Assembly (NCBI GenBank): GCA_036172245.1
Contig: JAYWIR010000043.1
Coordinates: 1,612,001-1,676,000, forward strand
DNA length: 64,000 nt
Source of the DNA: Raillietiella orientalis
Taxonomy: Eukaryota
Reading direction: 5' to 3'
Below the pieces are notes generated by a model. It saw only the letters and a program-made list of their open reading frames with translations. It ran no database searches and had not been told where the DNA came from. The translations under genes were made by a program, and so were the position numbers. Shown here piece by piece: positions 1 through 12,879 of the stretch (positions are counted from its first letter, which is position 1; each line of letters begins with the position of its first letter).

Positions 1-3000
1 TGCCCTTGTACCACTGGGTTCTCCGGCATCCGAGTTGAGGATGCAGGAATTTGCTCCTCCTTGCCATAATAGACTGCCATCTGTTCATCTTGTAGCGAGT
101 GCTATTCGTTTGATTGTAATCCCCGTTTCCTTTGACGAATCTTTTGTTCTTGATACTAATTTCTCTCTCGGTAACTCACTCTTGGATATCTGTGGTCATT
201 GAAATCTTCCTGATGGCTGCTCTGGCTTCAATTTTCGTTACTTCTTCTGAACTGTCAAAAAAGTGCTCCAAAAATTCATTCCGCTTTGTCTCCTTCCTCG
301 CCTCTGCTCATCAAAGCAAGCAAAGAAAATTCTGAGGAAAATTTTCCACCAGCTGCAGAGGAAAGCAAACGAAGTGAAAACAGGAAGTTTGGATTCAAAA
401 ACGTCGTCGCTTAGAAGGATTAGTCTGTTCCCGCACTTTTCTATCTGCGGTAACCCTGATTAGAAGACTCCAGAGCCTGCCTTACCAGAACAAGCAGCTC
501 CAAATTAGCCGTTTCGAAAAACGCCCCGATCTAAGGCATGCGTACTTTCCATCCTGACACGAAATGCAAACTCACACTGAGAGCATTTAAATAGTATTTG
601 ATAATTCAATTTAGTAATTGACGGGTGTAAATGGATGTTGAAACGACTCGCATGGGCTGGAGCATTTTCATTCAGAAAGCCTTCTGTCGCAAGATGAATG
701 AATCTTTGTTGTCCCGGAAACAGTCCTGAGAGCACGAGCTCGGCCCGGCTCTTCCTCAATGCACTGCTCGCAATCACCACGGAGACGCCTTGATCAAGGC
801 GTTTTTCCCGGTTAATTAATTAGAAAGAAAGTCGGAAAGAGGGTTTTAAAATGCGGGAGCGTGGTGGGAGAAGAAAAATTGTTCATCTGGGAAATCACCG
901 TCATCCGACAAAAGGAAATGCGCCCAAATGCGTCAGTAAGGAAATCAGGAAAACATTTTCCCCGGCCGAACTTTTGCGAATGCTGGGGCAGATCTGCAGC
1001 CTCTGCTCCTGTCTCGTAGGGAGCGACCGCTGTGCTGCGCTGAGGCAATGATTATCAGCCAGTACATTGGGCAGGAGGCTGGCTCAAGAGATTTCCTAGA
1101 TGGCTGAGAATGACGGAACACATTTCGAATGATCTTAGCCAATTGGCTGATTCTGTAGTGATTTGATGCAAGCGCGTCACGGAAGGAGAGCCCAGGTGAT
1201 TATTCGGTGGCAACGGCTACTTCAGTTTGCTGGCTCTCTTAATTAATGAAGCGTCAAGGGAGGTCAGCTTGGCATACGTACCAAGGACATGCAGTTGAGC
1301 TGCAATCTCATTCCCTCGGCTAAGCAAGCACGGCTTTCCCAGGCTGCCTTCCTACCCAGGTCAGGTCAACTCACGAGTCTTACTTTGACTACTCGGAATG
1401 CAACGGAATGTGTGGCTCAAGTGCTACAGCCCGACAGCCCAACTAGAAGGAGCGTGCCTCTGCATCTTTCATGGAGCCATCCGAGTGGAATAACGAAACC
1501 CCCGCGCACCCTTTTCTTCAGAGCACCCTCGTCATGGTTTGACGCCCTGTGGTGTAGCAGAGGTCATTCATTCTATTCTTTGACCGGACTCTTCTTTGCT
1601 TCCAATCAAACTGATACCCTTCCCAGAAGCGTTAGCTGTTCCCAAATAGGTTTTCATTCTAATGTTTGTCTTGGAATTTTATTTTACGAGATGCGGTGTT
1701 TCATTCCTGATGGTAGAGGTTTGTTATGAAACGATATGCCTTGAACTTCAGAAATGTTTCTCTCTCACCAGTGGTCAAAACTGTCTTTTAAAGCGTCATC
1801 TTGGTTTCTAGGAAGTTTCATACTCCTTACCCGACCATTTCTACTAGCTATCAGTACAGTGTTTGCGTGTGTTTTATATGATGAAGTATGCTAAATGTCG
1901 CCGCCTTAGGTACCCCGGCATCAGTTGACACAAAATCAGGTTCTTACCTTTTTACCACCGACAAAGTCATTTCCTCTTCTCCTGGTCCCTCGAGATCTCT
2001 CTGCACTGTAGGAAAAAGAGAATCATCATTGCTGCCTTCCCGCCATTTTATCCGAGGCAGATTCGTGTCTTGCTTGAGCGAGCTCGGAGCATGTCTCATT
2101 AGAATGCTTCGGGAATTATTAAATTTGGATCTCCTCCTCTGATCAGCAATCAGATGCCCATGAACCACACAGCCCATGATTCTCCAGCTGACACTGTGCA
2201 CGTAATTCTCCCAGCAGCGGACGCTGCCAGTTTACTGCCCATGAAAAGAGCACTTGGGTTCAGACCATCTCGGTAATCTGGGGAACGGAGTTTTCGACTT
2301 AGGTCGAAGATTTTCCAGGGCTCCGGAGCATCAAAGCTCCCTTTCACATACGGGATCACACCAGGTTACTTTTTTTTTTTTTTTTGAAATGAGTGCATAA
2401 ATAAACTCGAGTCTCATTTATCAAAGGTGTGTCGCTCATCAAAATGACTGATTTGGGATGTACCGTGGGTATTGCAGGTCTCGTCCCTGGACATTCTTTG
2501 TGGCTTTTCTTTCCCATCCTATGTGATACATGGAAAGTTCCGGGACATCTTATTCGTCTCCAGGCTGAATCTCATCCTGAGAGGGAAAAAAAAAACAAAA
2601 TCAATAAATGTCCTTTCATAACTCCTGCTTTCCCTGTTTAGAAACCGAACGTGCCTGTGCCCAGCGCGGCTTCCTCCGACCCTTCTTTTCGGGGTTTTTT
2701 TTCCCCGTTTTTACTTCTTCCAGAGAAGGCTGCGTCCCCGTAGAATTCCCGAATTCGTAATCAGTTGAATCGATGACAATCCTTCAGCTGATAAGTGATG
2801 ATGATAAAAACCGATATCCTAAACACGAAACATTAACGTATTCCTGTCGAAATCAGTGCAGAAGCCCTTGATGAAAATGCTGCCGGAAAAGATAGAGCAG
2901 TGCGGAGGTCCAGATGGAAGTTTCTTTGAGGCGATGTACACTGCGATGCACATCCGCAGGAGATGCGCAGTAGCTTCTGGGGAATCCACACAACATGAGC

Positions 3001-3679
3001 ATGTATCTCTTATTGAATAAAAAAAAAAAAAGACCAACGTTATCTCGATCTTTTGTACTATTGATTTTTTTCTTGCTTTCACCCCGCAGCTTGGTTTGGG
3101 GAGATGCACTCATGGCGATCGCTTCGAAAGATGCAGGTTCAATCGCATCCCCTACTGCATCGTCTCGCATGCAGTAGGTGATAGAGAGAAGGGCGTTCCT
3201 TTCCCAACTGCAAAGGCTTGAGGGAAATAATCCTCCCTCTGCCGCAGACGCACACGAGGTGTTCCTTCGCTGTGTCCGTTCGTCACGCAGAGTGGAAACG
3301 GCACGCGTTCCCCGAAAGGGGACTTCGGAGCAACGGCAGGCCCACTGAGGGCCCCACTCGCTCGTCGGCACAAAACGTGAAAATGCAAAGTTGCTTGCCA
3401 ATCTGTCCATCGTTGTACGGCGAGTGATTTCTGCGTCGAGAAATTCTGCATGGATGCACGCAATCGCTTGCGATTTTCTGCGCTTTCCGAGAAAAGTTTG
3501 CAACTCCGTGCGGAAGAAAGGAAAAGACTGCCGGTTCTCTCTTCGACGTGTTTCTCTCCCTCCCTCCCTCTCTCTCTCTCTCAGGGATTTCATCATTAGT
3601 CAGGAATCTGCATTTCATCAGTTGCTCGAAAATCTGCATCCCGTTTCGACTTCTCTAAATCAAAGATCCATGTGGAAAA

Positions 3680-3960
3680 TTCTTTCTCGGATGCTAAAGT
3701 AAACGTATGGTGATCTGCCTTAGGTCTCGCCCACTGCTCCTCACACGTCTTCTCGACCAGCCAACCGTCATCTGGATGCACGATCGGCCACTGGCGTCGC
3801 CTACACAAAAAACCGCGGGAAACACACGTAGCGGATTCTTCGATGACCCCAGAAAGTTGGCTGCAAGGATGGATCGCTTCACGAGAGGAAGCAGTCTGTC
3901 ACTTAGTGACCATCACTTGCCTCTCGTCTGGATCCTGCGACGTTGCTCTGAATCTTAACG
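3680..3960 (+). mobile_element. LINE APE endonuclease remnant (C-terminal part)
   Basis: GHWRRLH (D-x-WR-x-x-H like), ARMDRF (RID-R like) and LSDH in order across frames. Confidence 0.4.
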
Positions 3961-4599
3961 AGCTACGGATCCAAGTGAACAGGCCGCTCGCGAAGCCAAA
4001 AGAACATTCCGCGGAAGTGTCATTTGGTTCGCGTTGGCCAGGAAACCGGCAGCTGCATCATCCTGACGGCCGAACTGAGGGATTCTGCTGCCACTCTGTC
4101 TTATCTGATTTGCTGTGCTTCCACGATTCTGATCGGTCACGTCCCGAGGAGAATGTATTCATTTAAGCACAAGGAACAAGCCGTCTGAATGTTGGCAACC
4201 ACCCGCGCTTCCAGAGTCCTCGTCTCCTTCCTGGAGAAAGCCTACTGCTCGAGCGACACGCCCTTCTCTCGAAATGCATGCTGCGGAGAATTTCTTGTGG
4301 ATCTTTACTTGCACCAAGACGGATGGTTTCTCTCTCTCTCTCTCCCCATCATTTAATTGTCGTATTATTGAAATATAGCTCTGCGAATGTTTTTCTGATA
4401 TACCATCGATTGAATCGCAAGATGAAAAGGATGATGATGAAGGGGATACGAATTTCTCCATGCTCAGCTTCGCCAACGCGAGCGAACTCCTGGATCTGGA
4501 TGAGCTTGAAGCCCATAGGCAGGGATCATCAACGTGCATCTCTCATCAAGAGGTCGCATGAATGGAATTTTTCGGACGGTTCGGGATGAAAATTGAGTT

Positions 4600-7500
4600 C
4601 ATCCTGGAATCGAACCGCTTCATCTCGAGCAACTTGCTGTAACTAACGAAGCACACCGGCTGGCCGAATCCTCGACGCCACATCCACCGATCGTGCTCGA
4701 GATCCATCCGCGCGACAGCCCCCTCCCCCCCGTCAGCGTGACGTCCCCCAGGGGACTGGCTGAAGCTCCCGGGCGAGGCGGAACATCTCTGCACGTTCAT
4801 ACGGTGCTTCAGGATGCCGACGCTTCAGGACTGGGACCGCTTCAGGCGGTCGGTCCAGGAGTTCTGCGACCAGTTCCCTCTGTACCGCCTACCTGCGGGA
4901 TTTGGGGACGGGGTGCGTAACGAAAGGTGCTATTTTCAGGTCCGACGTTACGCGAGGACCCCCGACATGCGCAGGCTAATAAAGAGCAGGAGCCGAGAGG
5001 CAAGCCTGGCAGTCCGGATCGGCCAGCTTGCTGGACGATCAGGGCCAGGAGCACTCTGCACCCACTCAGGTTGCGGTCTTCTGAGGTGTTTTTCTTCCTT
5101 CCTGTACGCAAGAACGCCTCCCGAGAGGGATGTCTCACGACTCCTGCTTCCGGAAGGCGCTCCAGCGATCGGGGAGGAGGAGAGAATGTCCCTCGACGAG
5201 CCTTTCACGATGGGCGAGATCACCTCGGCCATAGGAAAGCTCAAGAGGCGCAAGGCCCAGGGGAGGACGGTCTGCCCGCGGAGTTTTACTAAACTTTCGC
5301 GGCTGAGCTTACCCCCCCTGGTACAGCAACTCACCTTGCTCATACGCGAGACAGGTGACGTTCCCGCCTCGTTTCGTTCGGCAAAGGTGCGGCTCCTCCC
5401 TAAGGGAGGAGATCTGAGGAGCATGAACAACTGGCGTCCCATCACAATAGTGAATGCGGACGCCAAGTTGGTGGCTAAGGTTCGGGCAGAGCGGTTGGGA
5501 CGGGTTGCAAACGCCTTCATCAGCCCGGAACAGACATATGCTGTTCCCGGGCGAAGCATGGAGGCGAACCTGTTCCACGCTTCCACCTGGCTAGAGCTCC
5601 AACATGAAAGGAGCTTGGTGCGCAGCCGGAATTCCGGTGCGTGCGCCGGCAGGGGGTTGGATGGTCGGGTGGGGGAGGGAGCCCTTGCGGTCGCAATCGA
5701 CTTGCGGAAAGCATTCGACAGCGTCGACCAGAATCTCCTTCTGTAGCTTCTGGAACGCTTGAGCTTCCCGGCATCATTAGTGGCCTATCTGCGCTCCTGC
5801 TGGCGCGACGCGCTCATCAGCGTTTCTTTCAGCGGGCAGACCGTGCACGGCGTGCCGGTGCGGCGTGGGATCCGGCAGGGAGACAGCCTGAGCCCCTTGC
5901 TCTTCAGCACCTACTTTGAGTTGGTACTGAGAGCGTACAGGGAAACTCTGGCGCACCTGCCGCACGACTGTGCCGGTACGCCGGCCGTTTCAGCGTACGC
6001 GGACGACCTTCTGCTGCTGCTCCCTATGTCCACCCCGGCTTCGGCGGTCGAGGAGTTCTTCGACCTGCTGCATCGGGGAACCGGACTTACGGTGAACAGG
6101 GCGAAGTCGTTCGTGATGCCAGTTGGTGCGGCGTGGGCAGGGCAGCAGGACTGGGTCCCTTTGGGGATCCCCACGGTGAGGTACTTCAGGTACCTTGGTG
6201 TGCTGCTGGGGGACTACTCCCCTGCCGAAGCGTGGTCCGGGTGCCTCCAAAAAGTAGAGACGGCGATCGGCCCGTTCCGAGGCGGCAGGTTTTTCCTGCC
6301 TGAACGGGCCGCGGTTTGGAACACGTTCGCGGCTCCTCGTTGGGGCCGCCCTTTGGGGCAACGGGAGGACTCGACTCCGCCTGAAAGACTTGCGCGCTCC
6401 GCATCGGGACGGCGGTCTCGGCCTACTGACGTTGGAGCGGCTGGAGCTTCAGCTCCAGTTCCGGATGATGGCCGTTGTGCCGGAGATGTGGTGCACCTAC
6501 TGGTGCGTCCGTGCACGTCTACTCGTCAAGAAAGCCACCCGCAAGACGGGACTCACGTCCTTTCTTTCACTCCATCATTCGCAGCCGCATCAACTGATGT
6601 GGACTCCAGCTACGGAGGGTGGCTGCCTTGATTAGGAAAATTCAATGTCGCCCCGCGAACGGTAGTGCCTGGTTGCAGGAAACCGTTCGCACGTGGGCAC
6701 AGAGCGGCCTGCAACGCGCCCAACAGGAACGACGGTTCCTTTTTGGGTGCTACAGAAGTTGCACGCTCCGAGAGATCCTGGAGGATCCGGAGAAGAGAGC
6801 GTGGTCAGGAAGAACCTCCCTCGCTGCTGCGCTGGCCTCCCTAATGGAAGATCTAGACAGCGATGTTGCGGCGAAGTGGGAGGTTACAATAAAAATCTCC
6901 GGGAAGGAGAAGAAGTTAGGAGAGTGGAAGACGGGTCAGCTGACTGACACTGCCACCCCGTGTACCGAAGCGCGCTGTTGGACGTTCCCATTGAACATCT
7001 GAAGTGGTCTTCGGTGCTCATGAACACCTCCACCCTCCCCTTAAAATGGCAGGAGTCGGCGCTCCTGTTGCAGCACTGGGGACTCCCCTGCAACGTCCGT
7101 CGGCACCACTGGACCTGGGGAGCGGTGGACCCCAATTGTGTTAGGTGTGGGGAACGGGAGTCCCTCCTTCACCTGCTAGTGGACTGTGTTGCCTTCGGCC
7201 CCTTTGGTTCCGCTTTGCCGCGGCCATCGGTATCACTTGTGGCAACCGCAGGGACGCATTGAAAGCCCTCTTCGTTGCCGACGCTCTTCGGCCTGCGGCC
7301 TCGTTAGCAGCCCTGTGCTGCCTTCGAGGGATTGCCGCCGCCTGGAGTAAGGCTACGGGAGGAACTCGCGATAAGGTGCCTTCACATACGCCGCCGAGTT
7401 TTTGAGGATGGCGTCGCGATCGTTTCACCTGGATCCCCGATTAAAGGAAGAGCTTGCCGGCATCCTGAGAAGGATGCAACGGCCCCAGCAGCAACAGTGA

Positions 7501-7690
7501 TTCCTTCTCGTACCCTCCCACGTTTTCTTTTCTTTTTGTTTAGTTTTTTGTTTCTCCCCCTTCCCCCTGCTGCCTTGGTGGACCGTACCGGTCTGCGAAC
7601 CGGTGACCCGGCAGGCTCTGTGCTTCTTTGTGCGTGGCTGGAGCACTGGTCCATCCACAGCACGTTTTAAAGTTTGTTTTTTACAATAAA
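4600..7690 (+). mobile_element. L1/Tx1-clade non-LTR retrotransposon, 5'-truncated; best-preserved copy in the window
   Basis: ORF2 motifs in order: KAPGEDGLPAEFY (shifted frame, ~5255-5290), LLPKGGDL..NWRPITIVNAD.KL, ISPEQ...PGRS, AIDLRKAFDSV, GIRQGDSLSPLLF, AYADD (~5994-6007), GLTVNRAKS, FRYLG, LRAP..GGLG, then C-x2-C...E...HLL..C (7135-7187). T-rich 3' UTR ending at AATAAA 7685-7690. Confidence 0.95.
4814..7420 (+). pseudogene. Disrupted ORF2 (reverse transcriptase + zf-RVT) of the L1/Tx1 element
   Basis: ORFs 4814-5746 and 5759-6631 share a frame and are split by TAG at 5744-5746. Compensating frameshifts ~5255-5310; further shifts near 6370, 6620, 6960 and 7200 (ORFs 6390-6635, 6619-7002, 6960-7262, 7145-7405). 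Confidence 0.92.
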
Positions 7691-8599
7691 CGCCAGGCGA
7701 AACGCAGGTGAAAATCAACGCCGCCTCCACCGGCGAATGGGCACTGCCAGAAGGCGTTCCTGTTTAAAAGTTCCCTCTAATAGAGAGCGCGTCTTTCCCA
7801 CATTTTCGCGGAAGCTGTTCCATCTTTGCTTCCTAGGAGCATTGCGCAGACCTGAGCAAGAACATTTGGAAAGATTCGCCGTCTCGCAGCAGAAGCACAG
7901 ATCCATTCCCCGATGCTGCATGCATTTCAGAGGAAGGCTCTCACAGAGATGCGAAGCAAACCGCTAGTGGAAACGCGGCCACCGCAAGAGAAGGGGCGCG
8001 TATGGAGGAAAACGAATCGCATTCTCATGAGAGGAATCGCTCTTCGTGAAAGGCCACCTTTCATGGGATCCTCGATCGTGGACGCCGCGCTTCCTCTTGC
8101 TGCCGAGATCCCGTAGCTGCTCCTGAGACTCCAAGCAGAGACGACCTCCACAAATCCTGCCATGCTGGCCGAGGCTGCTAATTAGCAAGGAAGAAAACCG
8201 TAATGAAGCAGAGGGAACCTTTTGCCGTATTTGTCTAGCGCACTTTTGTCTCGAGTGCCACCGCGGGCTTTGATAGGTGCTTGGCTCACTTGGTGTTCCG
8301 GTGGTGGCTTCCTAAGCATCATCGCCGGAGCAATCCAAAACGATTGCCTTTTCCTCATCCATAAATTTCACGCTTAAGAGCCCGGAATCGAATGCGAATT
8401 TCTCAGGAGTCGAGTTTTTATTGCTTTTCAGCTCCGCGAGCACCTTAGAGAAAGCGAGCCTTCAGTTTATTGACCACACGCATAAAATATGTGTGGTATC
8501 GATTTTTTAAACGAGTCTAGGAAAAAGGGAGCTTTCCATCCCACATGGTGGTAGTTCTTCCGACCCATTAATCATCGCTCCATGGAACAAAAATGGAAG

Positions 8600-9050
8600 C
8601 ACACGGGGAATCGCCGGGAATGCTTCTCAGCTCCGCGGCTGAATCTCCGAGAGAAGAATTCGAACCACGGCGGCACCTCCGCACTCGGCGTCGTACCCAC
8701 CGAAGCGATCTCTTCCGGGAGTCTGTTTCGATTTCTCCTTCCGTTCCAGGAGACGAACCCACGTTCCTCTTGGCCGGAGGCTTTGCGAATTGCCACGGAA
8801 ATGGTCGAAAACACAGACATCATCCCAAATACCCCATTATTTGCTCTACCTAGACGATCCGTCGGAACTGCTGACGACAAATAATTGCAGGCGTGCAGGA
8901 GCATGTCTGCATGGGCGCAATCAGAAATTCATCTTTGTATTTCTGCTCGACACAGTCGGAAAACACTTTCTTCCCCAGGGCTCTTGTTTGCATAGGAAGC
9001 GCATCCGGCAGCTGCGACAGTGAAGCTGCCCGACTTCCCGTAAATTTTAC
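8600..9050 (+). mobile_element. LINE APE endonuclease remnant
   Basis: ORF 8593-8853 RSDLF...PTFLLAGGFANC resembles the GDFN motif; it is followed by LHG..KFIF and HFLP. Confidence 0.45.
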
Positions 9051-10329
9051 GCTCGGAAGAGACTTCCCCATCGCACTGCTTGGAACCCAGCAGGGAAAAT
9101 TACTAGGAGATGGTGCTGGCTGGATCCTCGACGGTGGAGATTCCTGTTTCCATGCCAAGTTCCTGGTTCGTTTGCATGGAGCCAGACCTTTTCGAATGCC
9201 TCAAAGGTGGAATCAGCGGGCAGCGCCGACACAAGAGGCCTCAGTTAGGATGCTGGATTAGTTTTCATCATGAAGTGTCCCAGCGTACGTGCGAAAAACG
9301 TATCCCCAGCTGAGCATTTGAAACGCTTTTGCAGACGGTTCGAAATTTATCCGGGCTAATATGTAAGGGGCATCCCAGGGTCCCATATGATAAACAGTCG
9401 TCGTGTAAAAGTCACCTGGATCATATTATGCATAGTCATTAATGGATGGAGAGCTGTTCTGACAGCTTAGGACGTAATGATTTCGTCTCCTACCATCACG
9501 TGTTGTTAAGGATTACAAATGATAAATCGATGCAATCACCATGGTAATCTTGGTAGGCACGGAAATGACTTTTCCTTTAGTTTTTAATTACGAGCAGTCA
9601 TTTGTCCCATTCTGGAAATGGATATAATTCAGTGCACTTGATCTTTTATGGGTAAAGGTGCTCAATTATTAGTCAATTTGCCAACCAAAGGCGAAAGTGA
9701 GAACTGGGGCAGCTCGATGTCGAGCTGATGTTTACAATGTCTGCGGCAAGGACAATTGGAACTGCAAAAATCTCAAGTGGACGAGTCTTTGCACTATGGA
9801 TGTTGTTCTAACTCGAAAACTGCCATTCTTGAAATGCACACCAAGGAGGAGTCCACCTAAAAGAGAGAGTTCCTGCTTTAAGGCCGAAAAAGAGGAAACA
9901 GCAGAAGAGAGTCCAGTAACAAGATAAGCGGAAGTTATAGTGATGTTCCACATGTTCTTGGCTAGCACAGCTGCAATGAAGAATTGGTCCAGTGTGCTGC
10001 TTCCGTTTACTTACTGCGCCTGAAGAATTTTAGATGACCTTCCTACAGCAGTGTCAGCATTCGACTCTCGCTTCATTGCATGTACGTCTTGAAGAGGTTT
10101 GTCTCCCTACGTTCAGCATCTGACTGTTGAAACTCTAAAAGCTGTCCTCTTTTTGCAAAGCGATATCCAAGAAGTGGAATTCACGGTAAGAGAGGCAATG
10201 AGATGAAACTACCAGAATAGCTCGAGAGAGCAGACACGGAATGGAGTGCGCCCGCGGGATAGGGAAGTTCCACAACAACCCAGTTCAAAGAAACTTCACC
10301 GAAAGCAGCGGCAGCTGGCGACCCTCCAG

Positions 10330-11330
10330 CCAGCTAGCCGACCGACCGTCGTCCGGGATCAACTCGATACTCTGACCCGGCTTTGTAGCCCAGGACAAGG
10401 GGCGAGTCATCGAACTTGACGCCCTCCACGCTTTCGGGCGACGGTTCCGGGAGGACCAAGAAAACAGAAAGAGAACCAATAGCAGGACGTGGGCTTGCGA
10501 GGAGTCGGAGCTCTTTGGAGAGTGTGCCTCGTCGTGGGGTCCCTGGAGCCTGGGCCTGAAAGAGATGAAGATGTCTCAGAGTGGAGCGAGAAAGACATCG
10601 AAAGTGCCCCCGCAGCATATTCTGGAAGCATCGTTTGAGCCACCGGCCCTGATGGGCATCCTCTCACAGCCGCCGACTCGTGCACAGGATTGAGTGGCGA
10701 TGGGTTGACCTTCAGCAGCGTCATAAGAAGTTGTCCTATGCAACCGAGCGTGAAGAAGAAGAGCACAGCTGGACGCGCATCCAGACGAGGACTAGTTTGC
10801 CGCTTTCCAGCAGGCATAAGATCTTCTTATTGGAGTCGTCCGACCTCTCCTCACGGTTCGGATCGAGAGAATCCCGGGATGAGCTTTACCGGGAATCCTG
10901 AAGAAGCCGAAGCGAAAGCTCCGCAGAATGTCGTTTCTTGAACGATCCGACCCGTATCATGGAAACGCAACTCAGGTCACGTTGGGACGTAGAGCCGGAG
11001 GGAAGGAAACCTCTCGCTGCTCAAACTGCCCGAGACTATTCTCCTAATGTGTGAGATTAGGGGAGAAGGGGCAACTTCCTACAGTTGCCGCAGTGGGGTT
11101 TCCCTTGTGAGAAGCCCGCGAGGACCTCGGAGGAAGGGGCACCCGAGAGTGCGCACGTGCAGCGCTCATCAAGCAGCAAGAAGCTCGTCTCAAGCAGTTC
11201 CTCCCCGTCTCCGACGCCTCCCCATCCAGAGGTTGGACGTTGGACTCCCAGCAGTGACACGTATTCCTTAGAGGACCACAGTCTCTTCCCCGAGGACCAG
11301 ATGAAGAGATGTCGGCCATAATGCAAGAGG
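10330..11330 (+). mobile_element. Heavily deleted L1/Tx1 ORF2 remnant (APE to zinc-finger region)
   Basis: QDKGRVIELD (~10390-10420, APE D..GR.I motif, homologous to QDEGRVIILD on the minus strand at ~20890-20917) and FLQLPQWGFPC (11076-11108) matching the family LLQHWGLPC signature. Confidence 0.5.
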
Positions 11331-12879
11331 TTTCTCTCGTCACTCACCTCTAGCAGGCATGGCAAAAATCTGTTGTGGGTAAATGTGGTCAAAGCGAACC
11401 TTCTCCAGGTTTTTCTTTGCTTGATCACTGCAGTGTGAACTTCTTTCTTCTCTTACTTCTCCTCCATGGAAAAAGGAAACTAGAAAATTGAACCTCCTCG
11501 TAGCTTCTGGAACTGCTTCTGCTTCCTCTTTGTGAATTTCAGCTGCACCACCCTCTGCTCAACCACAGCCAGGAGAAACCTGGAGCATCAGCTTGCATCC
11601 ATAAAATCAGTACCTCGGGAAGCGATCGTTCTAGAAAATCGCTGAAGATCGCCATCGAGTGGGGAAAATTGGTGCGCGTGTGCTTACCGAAATCCTTCGT
11701 GAAGTCTTCGGAACAGATCTCGAAGTGGGATTCTCGGATGTTCGAGGGACGGAGCGCGCGTTTCCAGCAACTTGCAGAGTCGAACTGCAACCTCTCGGGG
11801 ATGCGAGATTGAATTTTCTCTTGGCGGGAAACTCTTTCGAACAGAGATCCCGGTCCTCTTTTTCCTTTGCTTCCCCAAAAAGATGCCACGCTGATGGCGC
11901 TTTTGCAATTTAGATCAAGCGGCACGCAAGAAATGCACCGAAAGACTTGCGGCCTACCGGGCTCCAGGATTCCGTATCCGCTATCGCAGCCGCAGAAGAA
12001 GAAAAAAGAATCATAGAGATAGGTCGAGACGGGATCTCATAGGAGCTCGGCTTCTTCCTGTCCGCAGCTTCCCGCGAAAACATCACGGAGAACTTTTCCT
12101 CGCTGCAACCATCTCGGTCGGGATGCGAAGAAACTGCGCGGCAGTGGCGCAGACGTTCTATAGCGGCGCATTCTCAGGATTGCAGCCCTTTCCATGGGAC
12201 ACTTCAATGGTATTTTCGGATGTTCTTTTCAGCTGATTTCTTTCCCTGGTCAGGGAAAACAGCCCTTTGGAGTCGTATCCGGGTTTGCATCGCATCGTGT
12301 TTTTCCAAAAGTCTCATCTTCTGAGAGATCCCTCTTGGGCCTTTTGTCTCTTGCCTCTTCTAGAAGCAGCGGGAATGCTGCTGGCTTCCCACTGATTCCA
12401 TTCTACGATTTCTCGTAAAGATTATGAATAACCATGGCTGTACATTCTCATTCGCATCGAGGAACGCTCCCGAATGCGTGACAGAGACTGCATAATTAAA
12501 TGGGCCCCTTTGCCCTACCGCCCCGATTTTGTCTATTTTCACTTTCTCAGTTTTTCCAAATTACGGCTTCTCATCGATACATGCGGGAATATTCATGAGA
12601 GTTTATTAGGAGCCTACGATGATCTGGATTCAAAGAATTGAAAAAGGTACTTTTTTGGCGTCCATCATTCCTCCATTTCTCTAGTGGCGCCCCTGACGGA
12701 GTGCGGGTCCGTTGCAAACGAAAGCTCATCTGTTGAAGCAAGCAGGAAGGGAGAGGACGACCACTTCCCGTTGAGAAGATTAAAAAGGGTCATGCATTTT
12801 GAAGTTTCCCATCAAAGAGCATCCAGCTGATTCCACACCCTCGATCAAAGAGCACTTGATTTCGCATAACGGACTGAAT

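Noticed and set aside
2150..2359. IPYVKG, resembling the Penelope-element RT C-terminus
   Set aside because: Single short motif; no supporting RT or GIY-YIG motifs nearby.
2853..3596. 247 aa minus-strand ORF and other long ORFs (16681-17391, 18247-18858, 28424-29044, 35963-36526, 55458-56180)
   Set aside because: No recognisable domain; low-complexity, or antisense to decayed elements; likely spurious.
4814..6631. RT as a group II intron, retron or DGR RT
   Set aside because: KAPG.DG...EFY, GGLG and the C-terminal zf-RVT, plus APE remnants in sister copies, identify a non-LTR L1/Tx1 element.
9700..10200. QVDES, resembling the hAT transposase LDES motif
   Set aside because: No other transposase motif or TIR found.
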